Source: Myxococcota bacterium (GTDB lineage: Bacteria; Myxococcota_A; UBA9042; PHBI01; JAWLBL01). From it: a stretch of DNA of 64,000 nucleotides. The DNA lies in NCBI GenBank assembly GCA_041687695.1, contig JAWLBL010000001.1:1-64000 (forward strand), in the 5' to 3' direction. A program made the position numbers and the translations under genes. Under the pieces are notes generated by a model, which saw only the letters and a program-made list of their open reading frames with translations, had not been told where the DNA came from and searched no databases. Positions 39,372 through 50,073 of the stretch are shown here, piece by piece; the first letter of the stretch is position 1; the number at the start of each line of letters is the position of its first letter.

Positions 39372-40175
39372 ATGGCGCAGCAGCAGACCGAGGAGATCCG
39401 AAAGCTCATCACGACCCGCGGCGAGCTGGCCGAGAAGGGCGACTACTTCGGCGTCCTGGGGCTGCCCGAGGGCGCGCCGGTCGCGGACGTTCGCGCCTCG
39501 TACTTCGCCCTGGTCAAGCAGCTGCACCCCGATCGCCTGGGGCAGATCGGGCTGGCCAGCATGCAGAAGGAGGCCGCGCGTCTGTTCCACACCATGACGC
39601 AGGCCCACGAGACGCTGAGCGATCCCAAGCGGCGCGAGGAGTACGTCCAGCTGCGCGCCCGCGGGGGCGGGCCGATGACGGCGACCGCGCGCGTGGCGGC
39701 GGCCAACGAGGAGGCCGCGAAGATCGCCGCCCACAAGGGCAGCGTCATGATGAAGAAGGCGGACTTCGCCGAGGCCGAGAACTTCTTCCGCGAGGCCTGC
39801 GCCGCGCGGCCGGACGTGGCGCGCTATTGGCAGAGCCTGGGCTGGGCCATCTTCCACAACGACGAGCGGCCAGAGGACAACCGCCTCGACGAGGCGGCGC
39901 GCTGCTACGAGAAGGCGCTGCAGATCGACGCGGAGGACGCGCAGACGCACTACAGCGTGGCGCTGCTGTGGAAGGCCAAGGGTGAACAGACCAAGGCCCG
40001 GCGCGCGCTGGAGAAAGCCATCGCGGCCAAGGCGGACTTCATCGAGGCCAAGCGCGAGCTGCGCCTGATGGACATGCGCAGCCGCAAGGGCACCGACCCG
40101 GTCGGGCGCGTGGCGCCGAGCGGCGGCGGCGGCGGCCTGCTCGACAAGATCAAGCAGGCCTTCAAGAAGCGCTGA
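39372..40175 (+). CDS. J-domain plus TPR protein
   Basis: DYF.VLG, HPD, TPR-like helices. Confidence 0.88.
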   Translation: MAQQQTEEIRKLITTRGELAEKGDYFGVLGLPEGAPVADVRASYFALVKQLHPDRLGQIGLASMQKEAARLFHTMTQAHETLSDPKRREEYVQLRARGGGPMTATARVAAANEEAAKIAAHKGSVMMKKADFAEAENFFREACAARPDVARYWQSLGWAIFHNDERPEDNRLDEAARCYEKALQIDAEDAQTHYSVALLWKAKGEQTKARRALEKAIAAKADFIEAKRELRLMDMRSRKGTDPVGRVAPSGGGGGLLDKIKQAFKKR

Positions 40176-40235
40176 CGCCAACAAGCGCTGACGCTGGCCC
40201 CCGAGCCTTGGTCCGGCCCCGCGGGGCCGGGCAGC

Positions 40236-41195
40236 TCAGTCGACCAGGACGGAGTCGCGGGTCAGGACCAGGACCTGGCCCTCGGGCAGCCCGTCGGCGG
40301 CGAAGGGCGCGGTGCCGAAGCGCGTGACGGTCAGGCGGTCGGTCTGATCGCGGCCGTAGTCGGGCAGGCGCGCGACCAGGGCCTCGGGGAGCGTGAACTG
40401 CCCGTCGTCGGCGACCGTGCAGGCCAGCGTGGCGGTGCGATCGTAGCCGCGGCGCACCAGCTCGACGACCAGCAGGCCGTTGCCGGCGCGGTGCGGGGCC
40501 GACCAGGTGACGTCGACGCCGCCCTCGGTGCGCTCGGGAGCGTGGCGCAGCGCCACGCGGTGGCCGACGACCTCGCGCCCGGCGACGGAGGCCAGGCGGA
40601 CCGGCTCGGGCGGGGCGACCTCGACGTTGAAGGGCCCGACCTCGCCGCTGCCGTGGCCGACCACGCGCAGGTCGGGGCCGCTCATGAAGGCGAGCCCGTT
40701 CTGGACGCTGCCCTCGTAGACCAGGCCGGCGACCTCGGGGTAGACGTCGGGGAACCAGGCGCTGTCGAGCGCGAGCCCCTCGTGGCCGACGTCCACCGTG
40801 ACCTCGCCGGCGTCCATGAAGTAGACCGAGCCGCCGTCCAGGCCGCTCGCCGGGGCGTCGTGGCCGATGGCCCGGACGCGCAGCTCGCAGGTGTCCAGGT
40901 GCGCGGGCGCCCGCTCGCTGACCAGCGGCACGTTCAGCAGGCGCAGGACCTCGCGCTGGGGCATCTCGGTGTGCTCGACGAACCAGGCCGAGCCGTTCAG
41001 CTGGTCGCGGACGCGCCAGTTGTCGCGGTTTTCGGAGAAGGTCAACACGACCAGCCCGAAGCGCCCTTCGGCGCCGCCCACCGTCACCCCGTCGCGCGAC
41101 GTGCCGTCCTCGACCGCCGACTGGCCGCAGCCGGCCACGCTCGCGGCCAGGGCGAGCGGCAGGAGGAGGCGGCGGCAGGTGCGCGCGAGGGTCAA
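40236..41195 (-). CDS. Hypothetical lipoprotein
   Basis: GGAG RBS, TTG start, VAGC lipobox. Confidence 0.8.
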   Translation of the reverse strand: MTLARTCRRLLLPLALAASVAGCGQSAVEDGTSRDGVTVGGAEGRFGLVVLTFSENRDNWRVRDQLNGSAWFVEHTEMPQREVLRLLNVPLVSERAPAHLDTCELRVRAIGHDAPASGLDGGSVYFMDAGEVTVDVGHEGLALDSAWFPDVYPEVAGLVYEGSVQNGLAFMSGPDLRVVGHGSGEVGPFNVEVAPPEPVRLASVAGREVVGHRVALRHAPERTEGGVDVTWSAPHRAGNGLLVVELVRRGYDRTATLACTVADDGQFTLPEALVARLPDYGRDQTDRLTVTRFGTAPFAADGLPEGQVLVLTRDSVLVD

Positions 41196-41434
41196 TGCGG
41201 CTCCGTGGGAGGGAGAGGGACACGTCGCGGAGTCCGCGACGCTTCCGGCGAAGGCGGCACCCGAACGGTGCGCCGCGACGAGGGCGAGGCCCTCCGGCCA
41301 GTGGTCCCATTATCGGCCGGGCCCGCGTCCTGTCAATCTCGTCGCTCGTTCGCCTCCCGGCCCGCCCCCTCCACGCGACCCGGGCGCCGCCGCGGACTTC
41401 TCGACCGAGCCCAGCCGGGCTACAACTGCCGCCG

Positions 41435-42349
41435 ATGACGCTGCTCTCGCTCGCGACGGCCCTGGCCCTGACGCTCCTCGGCGCTCCGCCGCCGGCCCCC
41501 GACCCCGCGCTCGGCCACGTCTCGGGCCTGCCGGTCACCGCCGGCGACCTCCGCGCCGCGCTCGGCGCCGCGCCGCCGACCCGCGCCAGCCTGGCCGCGG
41601 CCCTCGACCAGGTCATCGCGGAGCGCCTCCTCGCGGCCGAGGCCCACGCCCAGCTGGGCGAGCGCGCGCGCCAGCTGCCCCTGTCCGAAGCCGCGCGCCT
41701 GTTCGCCGCGCGGGTCTTCGACCCGGCCCAGCGGTGCGGCCACATCCCCGAGCCGTTGCGCCGCCAGCACTACGCCGAGACCGTCTGGCGGTTCGTCGCC
41801 CCGCCGGCCTACCGCGTGCAGGACCTCCAGCTGCTGTGCTGCAAGGACCCACGCCGGTGCGACACGCCCGAGGTGGGGGCCTGCCTAGACGCCACCGAGG
41901 CCGGGGCCCGGGCGCTGCGCGGCGAGCTGCCCGCGACCGCAGACCTGCCTGCGCTGCAGCGGGCCTTCGAGCGCCTCCGCGAGCGCCACGCCGAGCTGTA
42001 CCTGAAGACCTACACCTTCTACTACGACGCCGAGCGGCCCGAGGCCCCGGTCCACGCCCGCCTGCAGACCGTCGACGCGCCCGTCGCGCGCGCCGGCGCC
42101 GCCCTCGCCCCCGGCGAGCTCTCGCCCGTGGTCCGCACCCGCTTCGGCCACCACGTGCTGCGGCTCGACGCCGTCCGCCCCGGGATCGCCCTGCCCTTCG
42201 ACGACCCGCGCACCCAGGCGCTGCTGCGCACCGAGCTGTGCCCCGCCTACCTGCTCACGCTCCGCGAGCAGGTGGTCGCGGACCTCCGCGCCAACGCCGC
42301 CATCGACCTCGACAAGGACGCGCTGCGGGCCGCCTTCCCCGAGCTCTGA
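41435..42349 (+). CDS. PpiC/parvulin-like exported protein
   Basis: Signal peptide, L.PGELSPVVRTRFG.H motif. Confidence 0.7.
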   Translation: MTLLSLATALALTLLGAPPPAPDPALGHVSGLPVTAGDLRAALGAAPPTRASLAAALDQVIAERLLAAEAHAQLGERARQLPLSEAARLFAARVFDPAQRCGHIPEPLRRQHYAETVWRFVAPPAYRVQDLQLLCCKDPRRCDTPEVGACLDATEAGARALRGELPATADLPALQRAFERLRERHAELYLKTYTFYYDAERPEAPVHARLQTVDAPVARAGAALAPGELSPVVRTRFGHHVLRLDAVRPGIALPFDDPRTQALLRTELCPAYLLTLREQVVADLRANAAIDLDKDALRAAFPEL

Positions 42350-42358
42350 GGCGGCGAC

Positions 42359-43315
42359 TCACCAGGCGTCGACCTCGAGCAGGGCCCGCAGGCCCCAGCG
42401 CCCCTCGACACCGCCGAAGCTCGCGGGCACCCACGGCGACGCGTCGGGCTGCGGCGACCACAGCCAGGTGCCGTCGACGTCACCCGAGTCGTCCGAACCC
42501 AGCAGCGGCGGGCCGCCCCCCGGCTCGCACGGGCCCTGGTACACGAGGCCGAGGCGCCAGGGGCCGGCCGTGACCCACACGTCCTCGGCGAAGAGCATCA
42601 GCTGGGGGTCGTCGCTGGCCGTCAGCGGCTGCGCGGCGCCGGTCCACGTCGGCTCGTTCGGCCAGCCCTCCTCGGCGAGCAGCGGCCACACGGCCGGCGC
42701 GAAGTCCCCGCACGACTCCGGCTCGAAGCCGTTGCCGAGCACGAGCTGCAAGCCCATCAGCCGCCCGGGCAGGGGCAGCGCGAGCTCGGTCACCCAGCCG
42801 TCGCCGGGGCTCAGGCTCAGGACGCCGGCGCCCGGACTGGTCGCGGCCTGGTCGTCTCCGATGAGGAAGAGCCACTTGGTCGGGCCGGCGTCCGCGTCGG
42901 GGCCGGCGTCGGCCGGGGCGTCGGGTTGGACGTCGAGCGCGACGTCTCCGAGCCCGTCCAGGTCGGCGTCGAGCGATGCGCCGTCGTCCTGGGCGTCGTC
43001 CAGGGGGACGGAGCCGTCGGGGGCGGCGGCGTCGTTGGGCCAGGCGTCGAAGGCGAGCGCGTCGGGGCCGGGCGGCGGCGTCACGTGGCCGGGCCAGCCC
43101 CAGGGGCGGCACTGTCCGTCGAGGCAGACCAGCCCGGGCTCGCAGGCCACGGCGGGGCCGCACGCCGCGTCGCGTCCGGCCAGGGGCGGCGAGGCGTCCG
43201 GCCGGGCGGGCGCCGGGCCGTCTCCGCAGGCCGCGAACAGCGCCAGCACGGCGGCGGGGGCCGCGGCGGGACGCGGGGGACGACGCCGATGGCGTTGCAC
43301 GGAGGGCCTCGTCAC
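42359..43315 (-). CDS. Hypothetical lipoprotein
   Basis: FAAC lipobox, small Cys module, DA-rich linker; GTGA overlap. Confidence 0.7.
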   Translation of the reverse strand: MTRPSVQRHRRRPPRPAAAPAAVLALFAACGDGPAPARPDASPPLAGRDAACGPAVACEPGLVCLDGQCRPWGWPGHVTPPPGPDALAFDAWPNDAAAPDGSVPLDDAQDDGASLDADLDGLGDVALDVQPDAPADAGPDADAGPTKWLFLIGDDQAATSPGAGVLSLSPGDGWVTELALPLPGRLMGLQLVLGNGFEPESCGDFAPAVWPLLAEEGWPNEPTWTGAAQPLTASDDPQLMLFAEDVWVTAGPWRLGLVYQGPCEPGGGPPLLGSDDSGDVDGTWLWSPQPDASPWVPASFGGVEGRWGLRALLEVDAW

Positions 43316-45006
43316 AGGCGCAGGAGGAGTCCCACGCCCAGGTCGTAGTCGGTGACGGTCTCGAAGCGCCGCTCGCCCGGGACCTCGCTCTGCGTGTTCA
43401 GGCGCCACTCGTTGGCGAGCCGGAAGCGGATGAAGAAGAGGTCCGCGACGGCGTAGCGGCCGCTGACCGCGAAGATGGTGTCGTTGGCGTCGAACAGGTC
43501 GTCGAAGCCGCCGAAGCCCAGGCGGCCGAAGAAGAGGTTGAGGCGGAGGCCGGCCAGCTCGGGGAACTGCAGGCGCATGAGCAGGTCGGCGTTGTTCGGC
43601 CCCTCGGCGTTGGCGAAGGTGACCGCGTAGCGCATCAGGCCCGACAGGCGGAACTCGGTCTCGGCGTACAGGCCGTTGCGGGCCTCGTCCAGGCCCTGCT
43701 CGCGCAGCCAGCGCAGCTTGGGGCCGTGGTCGCGGTACTGGACGCGCTGGATCTCGTAGAAGGGAGAGACGTAGCCGGGCTCGTACCCGGGGCCCATCGC
43801 GCGGAACTCGAGGCGGCTGCGCAGCTCGGCGAGCGGCGAGAAGCGGACGTTGAAGAAGGTGCCGGCGTGCAGGCCCACGCCCTCGAAGTCGACCGTGGCC
43901 ACGTCGATGTACGGCACCAGATCGACGCGCTCGTTGCTGACGACGGGCATCTCGACGTCGGCCGAGAACAGGCCCATCACGCTGGTGTCGCGGACGATCG
44001 GGTGGAAGTCCTCGTCGATGCGGACCTGGTCGTGCTCGTCCAGCTCCATGGCCACCGGCGCCGCGAAGTCGCCCCCGATGGACAGGCCGAACTTGACCAT
44101 GCGCAGGGCCCACGGCAGGTCCTGCTTGACGAAGGGCCGGGTGAAGGGGCGCGCGAGCAGCAGGTTCGGGTCGAGCAGGTTGTCGACCATCGCCTCGACG
44201 CCGACGATCTCACCGTCCCACTGCCCGTAGAGCCCGCCCTGGTAGCGGTCGATGTCGACGGTGTTGAAGTACCGATGGACCAGCGAGCCGTGGCCCATCG
44301 AGACGCCGTTGAGCTCGCCGTAGCGGAAAAACAGCGGGTCACCGACGACGCCGTACTGCACGAAGGCCAGCACGCGCGCCCAGTCGCTGACCTCGTCCCA
44401 GTCCTCGCGTCGCACGAAGGAGTCGTCGTCCACCCGCGCGCCGTCGTCGTCGTAGCGGGGCTCGTCCCAGACCCGGATGCGCAGCGGCAGGCGCGGCGCG
44501 ATCTGCCAGCGGTCGGACACGATGACCGTGCCCAGGTTCAGCATGACGAAGTGGTCCTCGCCGATCTTGCCGAACCCGATCTGCGCCGCGCCGCGGCCGA
44601 CCGCGCCCTCGCCCACCTGGATGAGGTCGGCGTCGATGTGGGGCACCGTGGGCCGCTCGCCCCGCCCGCGCAGGGGCAAGACCGGCTCGAGCCGCTCCTG
44701 CCCGTCGTCGACGGCCTCGCCCGTGCGCGCGTCCGTGGGCCGCGGATCGTCGCTCAGCGGCTCCATCGGCGCGGTGGGTGTCCCATGGTCGCGCTTGGGC
44801 TCCGGCGCGTCGTCCTCGGACGGCGGCTCGACCGCGTGGTCCTCGGGGTCCGGCTCGACGTCCGGGTCCTCGTTCGGCTCGACGTCCTCGGGATCGACGT
44901 CGGGGTCGAAGTCCTCGTCGGCCCAGGCGGGTCCCCCGGCGAGCGGCGACGGGACCGCGACCGACAGGACCCACGCGAGGCCGGCGCGCGCGAGGAATCC
45001 CCTCAT
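43312..45006 (-). CDS. Exported, probable outer-membrane beta-barrel protein
   Basis: Signal peptide, acidic linker, amphipathic strands, terminal VGLLLRL. Confidence 0.75.
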   Translation of the reverse strand: MRGFLARAGLAWVLSVAVPSPLAGGPAWADEDFDPDVDPEDVEPNEDPDVEPDPEDHAVEPPSEDDAPEPKRDHGTPTAPMEPLSDDPRPTDARTGEAVDDGQERLEPVLPLRGRGERPTVPHIDADLIQVGEGAVGRGAAQIGFGKIGEDHFVMLNLGTVIVSDRWQIAPRLPLRIRVWDEPRYDDDGARVDDDSFVRREDWDEVSDWARVLAFVQYGVVGDPLFFRYGELNGVSMGHGSLVHRYFNTVDIDRYQGGLYGQWDGEIVGVEAMVDNLLDPNLLLARPFTRPFVKQDLPWALRMVKFGLSIGGDFAAPVAMELDEHDQVRIDEDFHPIVRDTSVMGLFSADVEMPVVSNERVDLVPYIDVATVDFEGVGLHAGTFFNVRFSPLAELRSRLEFRAMGPGYEPGYVSPFYEIQRVQYRDHGPKLRWLREQGLDEARNGLYAETEFRLSGLMRYAVTFANAEGPNNADLLMRLQFPELAGLRLNLFFGRLGFGGFDDLFDANDTIFAVSGRYAVADLFFIRFRLANEWRLNTQSEVPGERRFETVTDYDLGVGLLLRL

Positions 45007-45072
45007 GTCTCGCCTCGTTGCATGCCTACTTTCATCCTTGCTCCGGCCCTACGGGTCAAGTAACTCTCTGCC

Positions 45073-45756
45073 ATGCGCGTGACCGAGCTGTTCCTGAGCG
45101 TCCAAGGTGAAGGCGTCGACGCCGGCCGCCTGTGCACCTTCATGCGGTTCACCGCGTGCAACGTCCGCTGCGGCTACTGCGACACGCCGTACTCGTTCCA
45201 GGGCGGCGAGGACCGCACCATCGACGAGCTGGTCGCCGAGGCCGAGGCCCACGGCGCCCCGATGGTCTGCCTGACCGGCGGCGAGCCGATGCTGCAGCGG
45301 GACATCGTGCCGCTGATGGAGCGCCTGCTCGAGCGCGGCTTCCACGTCGCCCTCGAGACCAACGGCGTCATCCCGCTCGCCAAGGTGCCGCGCGCCATCG
45401 TCAAGGTGATGGACGTCAAGACGCCCGGCGCCTTCCGCCGCCCGGACAGCCCGCCGGACTTCGCGAGCAGCGAGGCCTTCCGGCGCATGCACCTGCACTA
45501 CCCCAACCTCGAGACCCTGACCCCGAACGACCAGGTGAAGTTCGTGCTGTGCGACCGCGAGGACTACGAGTGGGCGCGCGCCTTCATGGCCGACCACCGC
45601 CTGGCCGACCGCGTCGCCCACGTCCTGCTGTCGCCCAGTCACGGACAGCTCGACCCGCGCGATCTCGTCGCCTGGATGAAGGAGGACCGGGTCCCGGCGC
45701 GCCTGAACCTGCAGGCGCACAAGTACATCTGGGGCGCCGACGTCAGCGGGGTCTGA
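45073..45756 (+). CDS. queE: 7-carboxy-7-deazaguanine synthase (radical SAM)
   Basis: F.SVQGEG, CNVRCGYCDT, TGGEP, ETNG, Q.HKYIW. Confidence 0.92.
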   Translation: MRVTELFLSVQGEGVDAGRLCTFMRFTACNVRCGYCDTPYSFQGGEDRTIDELVAEAEAHGAPMVCLTGGEPMLQRDIVPLMERLLERGFHVALETNGVIPLAKVPRAIVKVMDVKTPGAFRRPDSPPDFASSEAFRRMHLHYPNLETLTPNDQVKFVLCDREDYEWARAFMADHRLADRVAHVLLSPSHGQLDPRDLVAWMKEDRVPARLNLQAHKYIWGADVSGV

Positions 45757-45781
45757 GCCCGGGCCGCAGCGCGAGCCGCAA

Positions 45782-47275
45782 TCAGTACGTGCTCTTGCGC
45801 GGCAGCGAAGACGGCAGGGGCGCGGCCTTCTCGCTGGCCCCCTCGTCGGCGGCCCCCTTCTTCGCCGCGGCCTTCCGCTTGGCCATCTCGGACGCCGCCT
45901 TCTCGGCCGCCGCCTTCTCGGCCGCGACCTTCTCGGCCTTGGCGACCTCGTCCAGCTTCTTCTTGGCGTCCTTCTCGTAGCCCGGCAGCGCCGCCAGCTT
46001 CTGCAGCGCCTCGCGCGCCTTGGCGTAGTCGCCCTTGGCCAGGTGATCCTCCGCCGCCTTGCCGAGGCGCGCGGCTTCGGTCGCCGGCGCCTCGGGCTTG
46101 GCCTCCTCGGCCTCGGCCTTCTTGGGCGCCGGGGCGTCGGCCCGCGAGGCCTCCGCCACCTGCTCGGCCTTGCTCGACGCCGTCTTCGCGTCGGGCTCCG
46201 GCCGCGCCGGCGCCGGGGCCGAGGGCGGCGGACCCGCGTCGTTGTCGGCCAGCTGGACCTTCGGCGAGACCTTGGGCGCGGCCGCGCCCCGCTCGCGGGC
46301 CGCTCCTTCAGGCTCGCTGGCGGGCTCGTTGGCCGCCTCGTCGGCCAGGGCGACCTGGTCGTCCCACGCGTCGGAGGGGACGTTCAACGTCTTCTTGCCG
46401 GCCCTCAGCTCGGCCACGTCGAGCTCGCGGCGGTCCTTGGCGGCCTGCTGCTCGGCCGGCTTGGCCTTCGCCGCGCCGGTCCTCGCCGCCCGCGTCCCCA
46501 CGTCCTTCTTGGCCCGCGGCCGCGCCCGCTCCTCCCAGACCTCGGCAGCGGCCACCTCGGCCTCGGCCGCCTGCTTGGCCTGGTCGGCCGCGAAGCCGGC
46601 CTGGGCGTTGGCGCGCTCGGCCTCCGCGGCGCGGGCCACCAGCTCCTCGTGCGCGCGGGCCCGCTCGGTGTCCAGCCCCGCCACCATGGTCTCGCCGGGG
46701 ACGGCGGGGGCTTCGGCCTCGGGTTCGACCGCGGCCTTGTCGGCCACCGACGTCGGCTCGGCCGCGACGGGCGCCGCCGCGGGCCGTGCCGTCGCTTCGC
46801 TCACCACCGGCGGGCTGACGGCCACGTGGGGCGCGACGGGCCCTTGCCGCGTGTCCCCGCGCAGCCCGGCCCACACGCCGACCACCAGGACGGCCGCGAC
46901 CGCGGTCGCGAACGCCGGCTGCGCCATCAGGGCCAGCAGCCGCTGCCACCACGAGGGCCTGGAGGCCGCGGCGTCGGCCTGACCCCGAGCCTGCGCCGCC
47001 TCGGGCGCCTGGGCCGTCTGTCGGGCCGCCGCGTCGGCCGCCTCGCGCGCCGCCGCCATGACCACGTCCTCGAGCCGCGCCATCGCCGCCGGAGGCAGCG
47101 TCGCCTCGGGCAGGCTGGCCGCCACGCGCCGCGTCATGCGGTGCGCCGCCACCTCGGCCTCGAGCTCGGGGTGCTCGTCCAGCGCCTGCTCGAAGCGGAG
47201 GCGCTGCTCGTCCGAGAGCTCGTCGTAGAGGTAGTCGACGAGCAGCTCGTCGAGTTCTGGGCGGGTCAGCTTCAC
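45782..47275 (-). CDS. Putative anti-sigma factor
   Basis: LL.DYLY.EL N-terminus, one TM, Ala/Glu/Lys-rich tail; follows an ECF sigma gene. Confidence 0.75.
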   Translation of the reverse strand: MKLTRPELDELLVDYLYDELSDEQRLRFEQALDEHPELEAEVAAHRMTRRVAASLPEATLPPAAMARLEDVVMAAAREAADAAARQTAQAPEAAQARGQADAAASRPSWWQRLLALMAQPAFATAVAAVLVVGVWAGLRGDTRQGPVAPHVAVSPPVVSEATARPAAAPVAAEPTSVADKAAVEPEAEAPAVPGETMVAGLDTERARAHEELVARAAEAERANAQAGFAADQAKQAAEAEVAAAEVWEERARPRAKKDVGTRAARTGAAKAKPAEQQAAKDRRELDVAELRAGKKTLNVPSDAWDDQVALADEAANEPASEPEGAARERGAAAPKVSPKVQLADNDAGPPPSAPAPARPEPDAKTASSKAEQVAEASRADAPAPKKAEAEEAKPEAPATEAARLGKAAEDHLAKGDYAKAREALQKLAALPGYEKDAKKKLDEVAKAEKVAAEKAAAEKAASEMAKRKAAAKKGAADEGASEKAAPLPSSLPRKSTY

Positions 47276-47392
47276 GGCTTCACTATACCGGCTCGTGCTC
47301 GTGCAACGTGAGAGTCGTTCCTTCTGTGCCCGCGGCCACCTGGCCGCGCGCGTCCGTGGGTTCCGTCGTGGGGTGGCGCCCGGCGGCGCCGC

Positions 47393-47989
47393 TCAGTTCA
47401 GGGTCTCGGCGAAGCTCGCCAGGTGCAGGCGCAGCGCCTCGAGGGCGTAACGCATGCGGCTCTTCACGGTGTTCTCGGGGATGCCGACGATGTCCGCGAT
47501 CTCTCGGAACTTCAGCCCGTCCACCTCGCGCATCACGAAGACCTCGCGCTGCTCGTCGGGCAGCCGGGTCAGCGCGTCTTCCAGCGCGACGCGGAAGCGG
47601 TGGTCACGGGTCTGCACGTCCTGCCCGGGGCGCGTGTCGGCCACCCGGTCGAGCAGCGTCGCGCCGCCGTCGTCGTCTCGGGACAGCGGCGCGTCGAGCG
47701 GGACGGTCTTGCGGAACTTGCCGCGGCGGCGGGCGTCGATGCACATGTTGCGGGCGATCGTATAGAGCCACGTCGTGAACTTGGACTGTCCCTGGAACGT
47801 CGCGGCGCTGCGCACGACGCGCAGCATGACCTCCTGGAGCAGATCCTCGGCCACTTGTGGGTCCCCCATGGTGCGCAGGATGAAGTTGTAGATCTTCTGG
47901 CCGTGGCGGCTCAGCAGCGTCTGGAAGGCGCTCGCGTCGCCCGCCAAGTACCGCTTCATCAGATCTTCGTCGCTCAGGTCCTCGTGCAC
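47393..47989 (-). CDS. ECF RNA polymerase sigma factor
   Basis: AEDLLQE, F.TWLY.IARN, EIA......TVKSR. Confidence 0.93.
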   Translation of the reverse strand: MHEDLSDEDLMKRYLAGDASAFQTLLSRHGQKIYNFILRTMGDPQVAEDLLQEVMLRVVRSAATFQGQSKFTTWLYTIARNMCIDARRRGKFRKTVPLDAPLSRDDDGGATLLDRVADTRPGQDVQTRDHRFRVALEDALTRLPDEQREVFVMREVDGLKFREIADIVGIPENTVKSRMRYALEALRLHLASFAETLN

Positions 47990-48226
47990 GGGCTCAGACC
48001 CTCCGCTCCCATGCCGTGACCATGGCGCCATGAGACGCGTGGCCGCGGCGATCGATCTGAGCCGGGTCGGCCGAGAGCGACGATTGCAGGACGGGGGCGC
48101 GCGCGGAGCGCCGGCTGGGGGGTGAGGTGGCGTCCATACCGGGCGCGGAGCATAGCAGGACGGGCGCCGCTTGTCTTGCGGCGGAGGGCCCAGATAAACG
48201 CAATGATTCCAAAACCTTGCGTCTAC

Positions 48227-48889
48227 CTAGTTGATCCAGGGCGCCTCGTCGCCCGCCGCCTGCTCGGTCGCGATGAGGGCGCGCGAGAGCCGGTCGACGA
48301 GCAGCTCGCAGCGCGCGAGCGGCGAGCGCATCTCGAGGGTCCGCTGGCGCTCGAGCGCGTCGTCGAGCACGACCGACGCCAGCCGATGGCTGAGCACGGC
48401 CGGGTCGCTGGTCGAGGCCAGGACGCGCGCCATGGCCTCGCCGCCGTCGCCGCGGGCGCGCATCAGGCCGGCCGAGACCGAGACCAGGCGCCGGTAGGCG
48501 GCCTCGAGGGGCGCGGCGTCGTCGCTGTCCGGCAGGTCCTCGAGCGGCGCCACGTCGGCCATCGCGTACTCGGCGTCATCGATGTGGCGCAGGATGCGGA
48601 CCCGTCCGATGCAGTGCACGAAGATGTTGTAGCGCCCGTCGTGGAACCGGCGGTCCGACAGCACGCGGCCGAGGCCGGCCACCTCGTGCACCGGCGGCAT
48701 CGGCCCCGAGCGCCAGCCCGGCCGCAGCCCGGCGACGATCAGCAGCCGGCGCCCGACCAGGCAGTCGTCCAGCATCGCCCGGTAGCGCGCCTCGAAGACG
48801 TGGAACGGCACGAGCGTGTGCGGGAAGAGCACCACCTCGGGCAGCGCGAACACCGGCAGCCGGCGTAGCGAGTCGGGGGCCTCTTGCAT
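48227..48889 (-). CDS. LON peptidase N-terminal-domain protein
   Basis: LPVF.L..VLFP....P.HVFE.RY. Confidence 0.88.
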   Translation of the reverse strand: MQEAPDSLRRLPVFALPEVVLFPHTLVPFHVFEARYRAMLDDCLVGRRLLIVAGLRPGWRSGPMPPVHEVAGLGRVLSDRRFHDGRYNIFVHCIGRVRILRHIDDAEYAMADVAPLEDLPDSDDAAPLEAAYRRLVSVSAGLMRARGDGGEAMARVLASTSDPAVLSHRLASVVLDDALERQRTLEMRSPLARCELLVDRLSRALIATEQAAGDEAPWIN

Positions 48890-49000
48890 GCGCGCTCCGG
48901 TCGGTCGTCGTCCGGCCCGCATCGTCGCGACAATCGGCCGCCGGTCAAAAAAACCTGCCGAACCCGCTGGTTTCGCGGTCCGGGGCGGCGGCGGCGCGGC

Positions 49001-49486
49001 CTACTTGGGGCAGGCGACCAGATCGTAGGCCGAGCGGGCGCGGGTGATGCACTCGACCGAGGCCTTGGTGCCGACCTCGCGGCAGCGCTTGGGGCAGTCC
49101 TCGCGCAGGACGCGCTCGACCTCGGCCCGCATCTCGGGCTTGGCGTCGGGGGGCAGCTCGCGCATGGTGATGGTGAGCGCGTTGTCGCAGGCGGCCTTGC
49201 ACTCCTCTTCGCCGACCTGCGGCGGCGCGGCCGGCGGCGGTGCCTCGGCCACGTGGCCCGCGTCGGCCTCTTCGGTCGAGGGCGCGCCGGCGTCCGACTC
49301 GGCGGGCGGCGGCGTGGCGGACGCGGCGTCGGCGGAGGCCTGGGGCGTGGTCTGCGGCGGCACGGCCGCGGACGGCGTGGCGTCGGCCGACGGCTCGGCG
49401 CGTCCGCACCCGAAGGCGAGCGCGGTCGACAGGGCCGCGGCGGCCAGGGTCTTCAGTAGCGTGGCGTGTCGCCCGGACGTGCGCAT
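49001..49486 (-). CDS. Six-Cys lipoprotein
   Basis: AFGC lipobox; EEECKAACDN...C...C...GTK...C...C. Confidence 0.8.
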   Translation of the reverse strand: MRTSGRHATLLKTLAAAALSTALAFGCGRAEPSADATPSAAVPPQTTPQASADAASATPPPAESDAGAPSTEEADAGHVAEAPPPAAPPQVGEEECKAACDNALTITMRELPPDAKPEMRAEVERVLREDCPKRCREVGTKASVECITRARSAYDLVACPK

Positions 49487-49521
49487 GGTGCCTCTCGGGT
49501 CGCGTGCGGCGGCGTGGGCGG

Positions 49522-49857
49522 TCAGTTGCAGGTCTTGATGTCCGCGACGGTCTTGGCGGCGGCGAGGCACTGGGCCTGCTTCTTGGTGCCCTTCTGGCGG
49601 CACTCCTCCTCGCACTCCTCCTGCAGCCCGGCGGCCATCTGGCTGGCCAGGTTGCCGGCGAGCTCCTTGCCGCCCTCGCCCGCCTCCTTCAGCTCGGGGT
49701 CGGTCTGCAGCTGCGTGTTCACCTCGCCGACCGCGACCTTGCCGACGTTCTCGCACGCCGCGCGGCACTCCTCCTCGGACGCCTTGGAGGCGCAGCCAGC
49801 AAACGTGGAGCCGGTGACGAGCAGGGCGGCGGCGAGGGTGAGGACGTCGAGACGCAT
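49522..49857 (-). CDS. Six-Cys lipoprotein, paralog of 49001-49486
   Basis: FAGC lipobox; EEECRAACEN...C...C...GTK...C...C; GGAGG RBS. Confidence 0.82.
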   Translation of the reverse strand: MRLDVLTLAAALLVTGSTFAGCASKASEEECRAACENVGKVAVGEVNTQLQTDPELKEAGEGGKELAGNLASQMAAGLQEECEEECRQKGTKKQAQCLAAAKTVADIKTCN

Positions 49858-50073
49858 GCGGAGACCTCCGGACCGGGCGGCGAGGCGGGGCTGCGAGCGC
49901 CCCGCGCGTGCGAGGGCCGCGACGCGCCGACCCGGGTGGGGCGGAAACGACGCGGACCGTCGGTTTGGCGCTATAGTTCGCCGCAAGGTCGCTGCCATGT
50001 CAATGAAGGTAGACCGGCGAGGCGCGCGAGCCGCCTCCTTCCCGACGACGTCCCCCCGGAGGAGACAGCCCCG

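Noticed and set aside
45073..45756. queE as part of a deazaguanine DNA-modification system; short AFRR-flanked insertion
   Set aside because: Host-like context with no dpd/que partners nearby; the insertion is a small loop.
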